Shown: positions 21,495-30,798, counted from the stretch's first letter. The stretch: DNA of 39,211 nucleotides from Bacteroidota bacterium (GCA_040386055.1 JAZKGH010000103.1:44304-83514), one strand, 5' to 3'. Translations and numbers: made by a program. The notes: a model not told the origin generated them from the letters alone.

Positions 21495-22052
21495 TCACCA
21501 GGCTTCCTGAGCTGCCAGGATGTTGATGGATTCAGCTACTTCGGTCAATGTTTCATCAGCAGTTTTTTCTTCCAACAGAATCGTTTCCAGAATTTCAACC
21601 ACATTATTTAATCCCAGTATTTGGGCAAACGTGCGAAGCGTTCCATAAGTTGCGATCTCATAATGTTCCACTTTTTGAGCGGCCGAAATAATACCCGCAT
21701 CCCGCATAGCTCCCTTTTCCGTATCCTCCATAATACCTTGTGCTTCCCTGATCAGGCCATCCATTGCTTCACATTTTTTTGCCTGTACTTTTTTGTCGAT
21801 AAGCTTAAATACTTTTTCAACATTGGCTACCTGGTATTCTGTTTCTTTTAAGTGTACGCGGAGGGCATTTGCCAACTCGGGAGCCGTTGCATTTTTAATT
21901 AGTTTAGGCAAGGCTTTGGTTAACGCTTTTTCTGCCCAGTAAATGTCCTTTAACTCATCTTCAAACAATCTCATTAAGGATGATTCTTCCATTCCGTATT
22001 CCATAGATTGTGCTTGTGCTCTGCTTGCTGTTTTTTTAGCTGTTGCTTTCAT
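21495..22052 (-). CDS. Ferritin-like DUF892 (YciE/YciF family) protein
   Basis: ELKDIYWAEK, HLKET, CEAMDGLI, AAQKVEHYEIATYGTL, EEKTADETL. Confidence 0.92.
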   Translation of the reverse strand: MKATAKKTASRAQAQSMEYGMEESSLMRLFEDELKDIYWAEKALTKALPKLIKNATAPELANALRVHLKETEYQVANVEKVFKLIDKKVQAKKCEAMDGLIREAQGIMEDTEKGAMRDAGIISAAQKVEHYEIATYGTLRTFAQILGLNNVVEILETILLEEKTADETLTEVAESINILAAQEAW

Positions 22053-22079
22053 AATAATGATGATTAGAACAGGAGTGAA

Positions 22080-22095
22080 CACAATTCATGTGCCT
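22080..22095 (-). promoter_or_regulatory. Putative sigma-54 (-24/-12) promoter of the DUF892 gene
   Basis: Minus strand reads AGGCAC-ATGAA-TTGTG, against consensus TGGCAC-N5-TTGCW. Confidence 0.45.
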
Positions 22096-22273
22096 CTTCT
22101 GTTACGCCCTTATTTTTCCAAGGACATAGTTACGCTCAATATTTTTCTTTGTGGAATTTTAGGGGCTGTTTGTGGGTGTTGGTCTACACATCATTCTTCA
22201 ATATTGAGTTGGGTCGATAGATTGCGGCAAAAGTCGTGTACAGACTTGGATCTTAATTATTATTATTGTTTCA

Positions 22274-25210
22274 ATGTCCTGCTCCTTACTAAAAAGAACC
22301 TTCGTCATCTTTTCCGGAATGCTCACGCTGCCGGTTATACTTTTTTCACAAACCCTGCGATTCGAGCAGTTCGGTGTTCAGGAGGGTTTACCTTCAAGCG
22401 AGGTATATAATCTATTCCAGGATGATAAAGGGTATGTATGGGCTTTCACGCAGTATGGGATTGTAAAACACGATGGCCGGAAATTTATACCGGTTTGCAG
22501 AAACCTCTCTTTTGATGAATTAAAGGTATATGTAATTCGCAGATCGTTGCAGGGTAATCTGTATATCGGAAACTCAAATGCGCGGATCTATTGTATAAGG
22601 AACGACAGCGCTTTTCTGGTCAATGGGCTGAAAGCCGTTTCAAAAAAAATTACCACAGACAACGAGATCCTTTTCGACATGCTTGTGGTTGACTCTTCGG
22701 AGATCTATCTATCTACATACAAAACGAGTTACCGATTATTTAAAAATAAACGCTCATTGCTCACAGGTAAAGGTCCACTGACTGTCAGAAACATTGACTT
22801 CAAAAAAAAAGGAACCGATTTCATGGTCATTTATAAGAAGCCGGTACCCGGTAATACTGTTATTCGGATCATGAATGAAAAAGACAGTGTGCTGTATATT
22901 CTCCCTGCCGATACCATGCCAAATTGGGGGGTAAGGAGCTATTTACGGGAAAGCCATGGCAATTATTATATCCTGCGATGGCATGGAATAACCCATATCG
23001 GCAAAAATGGTTCAGTACATACTACAGCATTTAAGGACCGGCTAATCTGCATGGAAACTGGTCCGGGAGGTCATATATGGCTGGGCACGGATAACGGGAT
23101 ATACGAACTTGATAGTAATCTGAGAATCCTTACCCATCATTTAAAGGGTCATGCGATTTCCGATGTATTGTTTGACATGGATAACGGAATGTGGGTTTCA
23201 AGTATCGGGCATGGGTTATTCTATTGCCGTAATATGTTCAACGTTTTTTATGACGATGATGATGCACTGTCCGGAAATATTACACTGTTAAAAAAGATCG
23301 GCCACACACTTTTTATCGGAACGTCATCCGGCTCATTATTTTCAAAAAACAGTGGTGCGACCTACAAGATCAACCTGGATCAAAGTGGGTTTTCCCTGAA
23401 TGACATTATTCTTTTCAATAATGAGTACCTGATCGGAACCAAAGGGTCTATTTTAAGCATGGATACAACCTTAAAACGGTTTGTAAGCAAGCCATATACG
23501 TACATGAATGGAGAATGGATAAACAGTTACGGTTTTGCCCAGTTAAATCCTGACACACTTATTTTTATTTCGGGATCGGCCATTTTGAAAAAGGATAAAA
23601 AGCAGGGTACGATCATCTCACCCTTTTTCAGGGCGCGGACCTATACCCGAAGCCTCATTATCAGGAGTAATGATCATGCCTGTTTTGTTGGTGCACAAAA
23701 CGGCTTGTTCCTGCTGGCAGACTCATTGGTTTGTCCTCCTTTTTTATGGCCTTTGCGGGAAAGGAAAATTGTGGCATTAAAATCGGGAAAAGGAAATACT
23801 ATCTGGATTTGCACCAAGGGGTATGGCCTCTATGTATTGCAGCCTGATAACAAGCTGGAGAAAATAGCCGACTGTCCTACAAATGTCATTAACAATATCA
23901 GTTTTACGGGAGACACCACATTATTGTCAACAAACAAGGGTTTGTTCATGTCAATTTCAAACAATGTGCGACATGCATTGTGGTCTTGCATTTTTAACAA
24001 TGAGGTCTTTGCTTCGGAGATTTATGGTGAGCACATTTATATAGCAACCTCCCAGGGGCTTGTTGCGCTGAATAAAAAAAATGTATTGCAAAAAATTGCG
24101 CCACGGTTTTACCTTGAGGCGGTAACCTCAGGCAAAGAAATAAAAGATCCGCACCATTTAGATCTGACTTATCAGGAAAACGACCTTTATTTTGATTTTG
24201 ATATACCCATTTATGAAAACCAGGAATATGACTTGTCTTATCATCTTGAGGGCCCGGATGCTGGCGAAGGAGTCATTGCGGGTGAGCAATTACATTTACA
24301 GAACCTGTCTCCCGGTCACTATTTATTGCAGGTCCGGGCGGTAAACAATACCGGAACTCATTATTCCAGCCCCAGGATCGATATCCCTTTTTATATCAAA
24401 CCTGCCTTCTGGCAAACCCGTTGGTTTTTAGTTGTTGTTATCTTAAGTTGTTTGTTGAGTGCCGGTTTGGTTATGGGCTATAGTTATCGCAGGTTGAAAA
24501 GAAAAGGAGAAGCAGAGGCCCGAATTATTCGCCAGCTTGCGGGATATCGCCTTACGGCTTTAAAAGCCCAGATCAATCCGCATTTTATATCCAACTCTCT
24601 TGCCGCCATTCAACAGCTGGTATACAGCAATGAAATAGATAAGGCCAACAGATATATTGCCAAATTCAGCCTGCTAATCAGGTATGCATTGGAATATTCT
24701 GATAAAATGGTGACAAGCCTGGCTAATGAACTGAAAATTATTGATATTACAGTAGAGTTGGAACAACTGCGGTTTAGCAATCATTTTATTTTTGAAAAGC
24801 AGATTGATAAAGAGATTAACCCGGATGATTTTTTTGTGCCGCCTCTCATTACGCAGCCTCTTATTGAAAATGCAATATGGCATGGACTGTTGCCGCTTAA
24901 AGACCGGAGAGTTCCAAAGCTGATCTTAAAGATTAGTATCGACAAGGACCATCTGGTTATTTCCATTATTGATAATGGTGTGGGAAGACGGATTCCTGAT
25001 TATAACGAAGAAGAAAACAGACAGGGTCGCGATTCACGGGGAACATTCCTGATCACGAGTTGGATAGAAAGTTTAAATAAGCTTTTTCTGACAAACAGCG
25101 CGGCCATTCAGTTTATTGACCTGCCTGAAAAGCCTGATGCTCCCGGTGGAACGCGTGTCGATATTTCTTTTAAGCTGGAGGCATTAACAAAACTTTACAA
25201 CGAACATTAA
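22274..25210 (+). CDS. LytS-type sensor histidine kinase with beta-propeller and YYY domains
   Basis: EGLPSSEVY and IWLGT propeller repeats; LQNLSPGHYLLQVRA (YYY); TM helix; LKAQINPHF; QPLIENAIWHG; DNGVG. Confidence 0.92.
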   Translation: MSCSLLKRTFVIFSGMLTLPVILFSQTLRFEQFGVQEGLPSSEVYNLFQDDKGYVWAFTQYGIVKHDGRKFIPVCRNLSFDELKVYVIRRSLQGNLYIGNSNARIYCIRNDSAFLVNGLKAVSKKITTDNEILFDMLVVDSSEIYLSTYKTSYRLFKNKRSLLTGKGPLTVRNIDFKKKGTDFMVIYKKPVPGNTVIRIMNEKDSVLYILPADTMPNWGVRSYLRESHGNYYILRWHGITHIGKNGSVHTTAFKDRLICMETGPGGHIWLGTDNGIYELDSNLRILTHHLKGHAISDVLFDMDNGMWVSSIGHGLFYCRNMFNVFYDDDDALSGNITLLKKIGHTLFIGTSSGSLFSKNSGATYKINLDQSGFSLNDIILFNNEYLIGTKGSILSMDTTLKRFVSKPYTYMNGEWINSYGFAQLNPDTLIFISGSAILKKDKKQGTIISPFFRARTYTRSLIIRSNDHACFVGAQNGLFLLADSLVCPPFLWPLRERKIVALKSGKGNTIWICTKGYGLYVLQPDNKLEKIADCPTNVINNISFTGDTTLLSTNKGLFMSISNNVRHALWSCIFNNEVFASEIYGEHIYIATSQGLVALNKKNVLQKIAPRFYLEAVTSGKEIKDPHHLDLTYQENDLYFDFDIPIYENQEYDLSYHLEGPDAGEGVIAGEQLHLQNLSPGHYLLQVRAVNNTGTHYSSPRIDIPFYIKPAFWQTRWFLVVVILSCLLSAGLVMGYSYRRLKRKGEAEARIIRQLAGYRLTALKAQINPHFISNSLAAIQQLVYSNEIDKANRYIAKFSLLIRYALEYSDKMVTSLANELKIIDITVELEQLRFSNHFIFEKQIDKEINPDDFFVPPLITQPLIENAIWHGLLPLKDRRVPKLILKISIDKDHLVISIIDNGVGRRIPDYNEEENRQGRDSRGTFLITSWIESLNKLFLTNSAAIQFIDLPEKPDAPGGTRVDISFKLEALTKLYNEH

Positions 25211-25218
25211 CAGTGCTT

Positions 25219-25980
25219 ATGAAAACAATATCCACGCTGATCATTGACGATGAAGAAGCCAATCGCGACACACTAGGCATGATGCTGGCTCAGTATTGCC
25301 CAGAGGTTAGAGTGTTGGGAACGGCCTCCTCTGTTGAATCTGGCTTTCACCTGATCTCGGAAACAAACCCCAATCTTGTTTTTTTAGACATCAGGATGCC
25401 CGAAAAAACGGGATTTGACCTGTTGCGCCTGTTTACCAAAATTGATTTCCATGTCATTTTTGTTTCCGCCTTCGATCAGTATGCGATCCAGGCCTTTGAA
25501 TTTAATGCGGTAGATTATATCCTGAAGCCTATCGATCCGGACAAACTCGTAAATGCGGTAAATAAGACAGTAAGAAATATTCAGAATAATGCACAACAGA
25601 ATGTGCTTCATTTTGTGCATTCCATAGACGAAAAAAGCGCACTCATCAAACGTATCTCTTTGCACCATCAACATAAAGTTCACCTCATCGATATTGATAC
25701 GATCTGTTATGTAAGGGCTTTGCGCGAATATTGTGAGATCACGGATGAGGGTGGTCAGAAATTTATTTCAAGTAAAACATTATCCGATTACGAAGACCTC
25801 TTAAGACCCTTCCCCAATTTTTTGCGGGTGAACAAAAGTGTCATCATCAATATTCACCATGTAAGTGAATACACAAAAGGTACAGATTGTATGGTTACGC
25901 TGAATAACGATACCGAAATTGAAGTATCGAGAAGAAAAAAAACAAGCATCCTTCAATACCTCAAAGGGTATATAGGATGA
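25219..25980 (+). CDS. LytTR-family response regulator
   Basis: REC domain (IIDDE, FLDIRMP, YILKP) plus LytTR domain (FLRVNKSVIIN, VSRRKK). Confidence 0.95.
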   Translation: MKTISTLIIDDEEANRDTLGMMLAQYCPEVRVLGTASSVESGFHLISETNPNLVFLDIRMPEKTGFDLLRLFTKIDFHVIFVSAFDQYAIQAFEFNAVDYILKPIDPDKLVNAVNKTVRNIQNNAQQNVLHFVHSIDEKSALIKRISLHHQHKVHLIDIDTICYVRALREYCEITDEGGQKFISSKTLSDYEDLLRPFPNFLRVNKSVIINIHHVSEYTKGTDCMVTLNNDTEIEVSRRKKTSILQYLKGYIG

Positions 25981-26091
25981 TGACGACTTTGGGGCATGGT
26001 CATGCTTTCCTGCAATTCCCCGGATCTTAAATATCCGACATGTTGTGCCAAAAATTTCTCCAACGGTTGAGTCAGTCACATAAGCTGATCT

Positions 26092-26099
26092 TAGTTTTG
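26092..26099 (+). promoter_or_regulatory. Bacteroidota -7 promoter element (TAnnTTTG)
   Basis: TAGTTTTG upstream of the T9SS gene. Confidence 0.45.
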
Positions 26100-26229
26100 G
26101 CTATGCTATAAAGCTAGCGGTTGCCGAAAAGCTTTACGAGTAGGCAAAATTCAACCCAATTAATTTATACATTACATGTTTACGAGCACAACATTACCTT
26201 TTGAGTCGCGTTCCGGCTCTCCGCTTTTC

Positions 26230-27756
26230 ATGAAACGTTTTTTTATGTACTGCGTATGTGCAGTATTGTTATTCACCTGTACACATGCATCCGCACAAGT
26301 GATCGATCTCAGGACCGGGGTCAATGGATCAGGTCTCATTGCCGTTGGTTCAACTGACGATACCTGGACCGTAAAGGTTCCCGGCTCCACCACTTATCAG
26401 CCCGCATACTGTGGTACCGGTGTGGCTACCGGCCCGATAATTCCAATGGTATATTTAACAGGCCTTGATCCCTCAGTAAGATGGATCACCCCCTTGATTG
26501 ATGGTATAGGCGACCACCTTTATGATGCGCCAATGGGTAACTATTATTATAAGATGACTTTTGACTTCTCCAGAGAGTGTTTGGCTACGGAAGCTACATT
26601 TAATCTGAACCTGGCAGGGGCAGATGACCAGATCACTCATGTTATTGTGAATGGCAATTCATATCTAGTTGCATATGGTTTCAATCCTTTTTCTACAAAC
26701 ATTACCCTACCTATTAATCCTGCCAATATTCATCCCGGTGCAAATGAGATCATATTCAGGGTTTGGAACTATGGCAACATTTCAGAGCCCTATTCACCAA
26801 CAGGGATGGAGATCAATGGTAACCTCACCATCGTAACGGGTCCTGATGCATCGTTCTGTATGTCGACACCTACAAGTTCAAGTATGTCGCTTACGGCCAA
26901 TAGCCCAGGGGGAGGTCATCAATGGGAGATCTACAGCAGCCCCAACGGCAGCCCGGGCTCTTATACTTACATGGGCATGGAAACCGGCTCTTCAGTCAAT
27001 TACTCAGGTGCAGGCCCATGCTGGCTGGTTAAACATGCCTTAACAAATGACTGCGGTTTTGCTTGCGTTGCCCAAAGTGCTTGTTATCAATCGTGCGAAA
27101 CACCCATAAGTTATGGCTGTTCAGAATTAACGCCTCCAACCAACCTTGTATATGATGCAGCAACAGGTGTGCTCTCCTGGACCCCCGTTTCCGGAGCGGT
27201 TTCATATACCATACAATTGATTATAAATGACGCCACTTGTTGCAATCCCGACCCCGGCAGCCTTGGCGTTGTATTCACTGTTAGTGCAACAGGTAATTCT
27301 TATATACTCAATGCTGCCGCCCTTACTGCGCTCGGTGTACTAACTACCCCTAACTGTTTCTCATGGCAGGTCACTGCAATATGTTCAGGTGGAGCCACTG
27401 CACGGTCCGAAAAGAAATGTGCATTCCCGCCATCGAAATCAATCAAAGGACCCATGGCTAAAGTTGCCCCTACCGGGATAAAAGATCCGAAAACAGAAAA
27501 GGCTACTATGAATATGTATCCTAATCCTGTAAAAGGATTTGTGATGATTGATCTCTCTGTAAAAAATGATGTGACGTTCAATGTTACTATCACCGACATA
27601 AGTGGCAAAGTGGTTAAGACCTTTGAAAACCTTAAAACGAAAGATGCCAAACAAAGTGTAAAATGGAATACCGAATCGGTAAGCAAAGGCGCTTATCTTG
27701 TGAAGATTCAGACTTCAGACAATCAGGTTATTCACAATAAACTGATTGTAGAATAA
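26230..27756 (+). CDS. T9SS-secreted Cys-rich protein (lectin-like beta-sandwich, FN3-like domain, CTD)
   Basis: Signal peptide ending ASAQ; ADD..VIVNG...GANEIIF jelly-roll-like region; PTNL...LSWTPVSGAVSY (FN3-like); MYPNPV...GAYLVKI...KLIVE (CTD). Start is 26230 or 26176. Confidence 0.82.
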   Translation: MKRFFMYCVCAVLLFTCTHASAQVIDLRTGVNGSGLIAVGSTDDTWTVKVPGSTTYQPAYCGTGVATGPIIPMVYLTGLDPSVRWITPLIDGIGDHLYDAPMGNYYYKMTFDFSRECLATEATFNLNLAGADDQITHVIVNGNSYLVAYGFNPFSTNITLPINPANIHPGANEIIFRVWNYGNISEPYSPTGMEINGNLTIVTGPDASFCMSTPTSSSMSLTANSPGGGHQWEIYSSPNGSPGSYTYMGMETGSSVNYSGAGPCWLVKHALTNDCGFACVAQSACYQSCETPISYGCSELTPPTNLVYDAATGVLSWTPVSGAVSYTIQLIINDATCCNPDPGSLGVVFTVSATGNSYILNAAALTALGVLTTPNCFSWQVTAICSGGATARSEKKCAFPPSKSIKGPMAKVAPTGIKDPKTEKATMNMYPNPVKGFVMIDLSVKNDVTFNVTITDISGKVVKTFENLKTKDAKQSVKWNTESVSKGAYLVKIQTSDNQVIHNKLIVE

Positions 27757-27770
27757 AAAATATATATTAG

Positions 27771-28476
27771 TTATAGGGCATTTTAAAAGACACAAATGAA
27801 AACAACGTTAATCGCACTTTCAACACTACTTTTTTCTTTCACTGACAACCCTGTTGACAGACTTGGCGTAGAAGGACCATTAGAGTTCAATAAAATAAAT
27901 TTCACATTAGCATGGACAGACAAGCCTAATGACAATTATTATATCCAGGAATATTTACCAAACGGAGAAAAGCCAGAAAGTTTTAACCAAATGTTGACTA
28001 TCCACCTTTTTAACACTGACATAAAAACAAAGGATGCAGTAGGACAAAAAATAAAGGAATTAGCTGCAAGGAAAAAAACGGATGCTATTTGTAATTATCA
28101 GGTTAACGAAAGCCCCGATGGCAAAGAATTCATAGTGGATTTTTTACTTGGAGAAAGTAAAGACGAAAAAATGACTATCGTTGAATTCAATGTTTATCGC
28201 TACAAACAAATAGAGATTTCTAAAAAGAAAAAGGCAATTATTGTATATGCATACTCAAAACGAAGTTATGCTGACGACATTACAACCTTTTTCAAAACAC
28301 TCAAAGAAGACAGGGCAGACTACCTGAATCAAATGATTTCGGCAGATATTCCAACAGTGACATTTGAAAGTAAATAATTCATTACCGAAAGAAAAACGCC
28401 CTACAACAATACACCTGCAACGGGTGGGGTTTGATTGCTTCGCGGGTAAGCCTGCTCATAGCAAATCTCCAAAATG
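27771..28476 (+). mobile_element. Putative integron-like single-gene cassette
   Basis: Left junction G|TTATAGGGCATTTT. After the stop codon comes AAAACGCCCTACAAC (13/15 inverted match), then an imperfect hairpin ending at G|ATAA. Confidence 0.6.
27796..28377 (+). CDS. Exported hypothetical protein (cassette-borne)
   Basis: 193-aa ORF with a hydrophobic N-terminus; YYIQEYLP and EFNVYRY motifs. Confidence 0.8.
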   Translation: MKTTLIALSTLLFSFTDNPVDRLGVEGPLEFNKINFTLAWTDKPNDNYYIQEYLPNGEKPESFNQMLTIHLFNTDIKTKDAVGQKIKELAARKKTDAICNYQVNESPDGKEFIVDFLLGESKDEKMTIVEFNVYRYKQIEISKKKKAIIVYAYSKRSYADDITTFFKTLKEDRADYLNQMISADIPTVTFESK

Positions 28477-28479
28477 ATA
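28393..28479 (+). other. attC-like recombination site (degenerate)
   Basis: R''-like GCCCTACAAC; arms acctgcaacgggtggg and cctgctcatagcaaat pair imperfectly; ends at G|AT. Confidence 0.5.
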
Positions 28480-28524
28480 AATAAAAAGGACTGGTGACTT
28501 CGGTTACCGGTCCTTTTTATTTAT
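28477..28524. terminator. Intrinsic terminator with cUUCGg loop
   Basis: ataaataaaaaggactggtgac-ttcg-gttaccggtcctttttatttat. Confidence 0.88.
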
Positions 28525-28654
28525 ACCTTCAGCAGCGATATAAAAACAATTGATGTGTTTGTCTGTGGTGGTGTGTGTGTTATGCACCCGTAAATGTTAT
28601 AGTTAACCCTGGGGAATTTTAGGGTCGGTTTATGTGTGTTAGTCTGCACGTAGC

Positions 28655-28751
28655 AAGTTGCAAACATGCTCGTGTAGAATGATTGAAGTTGCAAACTTCA
28701 ATCAGCATAATCAATCAGCCAAACACAATGCTCTGTGAAGTTTGCAACTTG
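28655..28751. repeat. Degenerate REP-like cluster (AAGTTGCAAAC units)
   Basis: Two direct copies and one inverted copy; perfect hairpin tgattgaagtt-gca-aacttcaatca at 28680-28704. Confidence 0.6.
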
Positions 28752-28812
28752 CCATACCGCATAAAAATAATGTGCACTAACTATTTTTTCTCTTTTTTAG
28801 TATCTTTCGTTC

Positions 28813-29445
28813 ATGAAAACAGTAGACTGGCCTTCCGCACTCAAACCGTTGCTTGCCCAATACAAGGGCAAGCCTCACCCGCTTGAATACAAAAACCTTT
28901 ATCAATTGCTGGTAATGGTGATCCTCTCCGCACAGGATTCCGACAGGAATATTAACAGCCTGGCTCCGGCATTATTTAAAGCATTTCCGGATATGAAATC
29001 ACTTGCCCGTGCAGATGGGGAAGCGCTGTTTCCGTTCATCAGCAAAGTGCGCAACTTCGGTAACAAAACGAAGTGGTTAATGGAACTTGCCAATACCGTG
29101 AAAGACGATAAGAAGATTCCATTAACAATGGAAGAGCTCACATTGCTTCCCGGCATCGGGCGCAAGTCGGCTAATGTGATTATGCGCGAAGCCAAAGTAA
29201 AAGCCGAAGGTGTAATTGTTGATTTGCATGTGGTGCGTGTAGCCCCGCGTTTAGGCATAGCCACAGGTACCGATCCTAAAAAAATAGAAAAACAAATTAT
29301 GGATGTGGTACCTCAAAAGGACTGGGGTGAAGTAGGTATGGCCATTTCCTTTTTAGGAAGAGAAACGTGCAGACCTACTAATCCAAAGCATAGTGAGTGT
29401 GTGATGAATAAAGTGTGTGCTTTTTATGCGGAGCAGAAGGGTTGA
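28813..29445 (+). CDS. nth: Endonuclease III (HhH-GPD DNA glycosylase/AP lyase)
   Basis: ILSAQ, LPGIGRKSAN (HhH, catalytic Lys), VDLHV (catalytic Asp), C-terminal FeS-like motif. Confidence 0.92.
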   Translation: MKTVDWPSALKPLLAQYKGKPHPLEYKNLYQLLVMVILSAQDSDRNINSLAPALFKAFPDMKSLARADGEALFPFISKVRNFGNKTKWLMELANTVKDDKKIPLTMEELTLLPGIGRKSANVIMREAKVKAEGVIVDLHVVRVAPRLGIATGTDPKKIEKQIMDVVPQKDWGEVGMAISFLGRETCRPTNPKHSECVMNKVCAFYAEQKG

Positions 29446-29455
29446 TAGGTTGAGC

Positions 29456-29588
29456 AGTCAGTTCGAGTAGCGGGCGCGGGTGTTGCGTTGCGCGTATCGA
29501 GAACGGGTTCAATTTTAGCAACTTTGCTCACGAATACTTCTCGATACAGCCCTTGACACAAGCCTACCCAAGCTTACTCGAAGTGACT
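29456..29588. repeat. MITE/REPIN-like element, copy 1
   Basis: Terminal inverted repeats AGTCAGTTCGAGTA/TACTCGAAGTGACT; inner inverted repeats GTATCGAGAA/TTCTCGATAC. Confidence 0.8.
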
Positions 29589-29604
29589 ATAAACCGAAAA
29601 CCGT

Positions 29605-30552
29605 CTACGTAATAAGCTCCGTTTCCTCCTTCAACTCTGCTGCTTTTTTAATCTTCGCTATCTCAATCTTCTTCATTGGCATAAAAGCTTCCGTGATGCG
29701 GTCTATTTGTTCCTGCGTGCCTTCCTGCATCATCTTTTCCATTTCGGATGAGGTGATCTGCCATGATACTCCGTACTTATCTTTAAGCCATCCGCATTGT
29801 TCCGATTCGGGAACTGCGGAAAGTTTTTCCCAGTAATAATCGATCTCGTCCTGATTCTTGCACGTAACCATAAACGAAATGGCTTCATTAAAATCGAAAC
29901 CATGTTCCTGTGCGCTGTCCATAGCAACAAACCAGGTATCTTCTAACCTGAAATCGGTATGCATCACCGTTCCCTCCTTATCGGGTTCCATTCCCTGCGG
30001 ATACCGGTGGATGCTTCCTTGCTGGGCATTGTTAAAAACAGAGAGGTAAAATGCTCTTGCTTCTTCAGCCTTGCCGCATCTGTTGCCTGTATACATGAGC
30101 GAAGGCAGAATAGCGGGCCGTGAGTCTCCCTCCGGATCAGTGAAGATCAGTTGCCACGATACACCGTATTTATCCTGCAGCCAGCCGTACCGTTTGCTGA
30201 AAGGATAACTATCAATAGGCATCAGCACTTTGCCGCCCTCCGATAGTTTGTCCCATGCTGTATTCAGCGTTTCCAGGGCCACCGTTTCATTATCGGCCGA
30301 GGTGCCAAACAGTAACGGATCAAAGTTGACCATAAACGATACTGAGGGATTGAGTTTAAAAAGCGGACCAGCACTGATGGCCATAAATTCCTTGTTCCAA
30401 AGCACAAAACTTACAATGTCGCAATCCCCCGAAGGCGTGTTGTGTATGGTTGTGGTATGCGTCACTTTTGATTGTGGAAATACGGATGTGTAAAATGCGG
30501 CTGCTTCTACGGCTTCTTTATCGAACCATAGGTGTGGAATTATCTTTTGCAT
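29605..30552 (-). CDS. VOC-family protein (tandem PhnB/3-dmu-9_3-mt domains)
   Basis: IIPHLWF; two copies of GWLxDKYGVSWQ; FNEAISF. Confidence 0.92.
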   Translation of the reverse strand: MQKIIPHLWFDKEAVEAAAFYTSVFPQSKVTHTTTIHNTPSGDCDIVSFVLWNKEFMAISAGPLFKLNPSVSFMVNFDPLLFGTSADNETVALETLNTAWDKLSEGGKVLMPIDSYPFSKRYGWLQDKYGVSWQLIFTDPEGDSRPAILPSLMYTGNRCGKAEEARAFYLSVFNNAQQGSIHRYPQGMEPDKEGTVMHTDFRLEDTWFVAMDSAQEHGFDFNEAISFMVTCKNQDEIDYYWEKLSAVPESEQCGWLKDKYGVSWQITSSEMEKMMQEGTQEQIDRITEAFMPMKKIEIAKIKKAAELKEETELIT

Positions 30553-30583
30553 AGCGAGTCATGGGTTAAGTGTTGTTTATTGG

Positions 30584-30599
30584 AGAGAAAACTGTGCCA
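30584..30599 (-). promoter_or_regulatory. Putative sigma-54 promoter of the VOC gene
   Basis: Minus strand reads TGGCAC-AGTTT-TCTCT (perfect -24, weak -12). Confidence 0.35.
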
Positions 30600-30630
30600 A
30601 ACGGTTAGTTTAATTATGTTTTTAGGATGA

Positions 30631-30798
30631 CCGGTGATGTTTTTTTCTTATCCGTTGATACTTTTTCCTTATCCGATGGTGTTTTTTCCTTGTCCCTTCA
30701 TGGTTTTTCCTTATCCGTTGATACTTTTTCCTTATCCGATAGTGTTTTTTCCTTGTCCCTTCATGGTTTTTTCTTATCCGTTGATGGTTTTTCCTTCT
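30631..30798. repeat. Tandem array of eight 21-bp units with a 63-bp higher-order period
   Basis: Units such as ccgttgatactttttccttat, ccgatggtgttttttccttgt and cccttcatggtttttccttat. Confidence 0.92.

Noticed and set aside
21943-22410. 155-aa plus-strand ORF
   Set aside because: It overlaps DUF892 antisense and the kinase out of frame, and spans a promoter region.
30631-30798. CRISPR array
   Set aside because: The units are contiguous with no unique spacers, and there are no cas genes.
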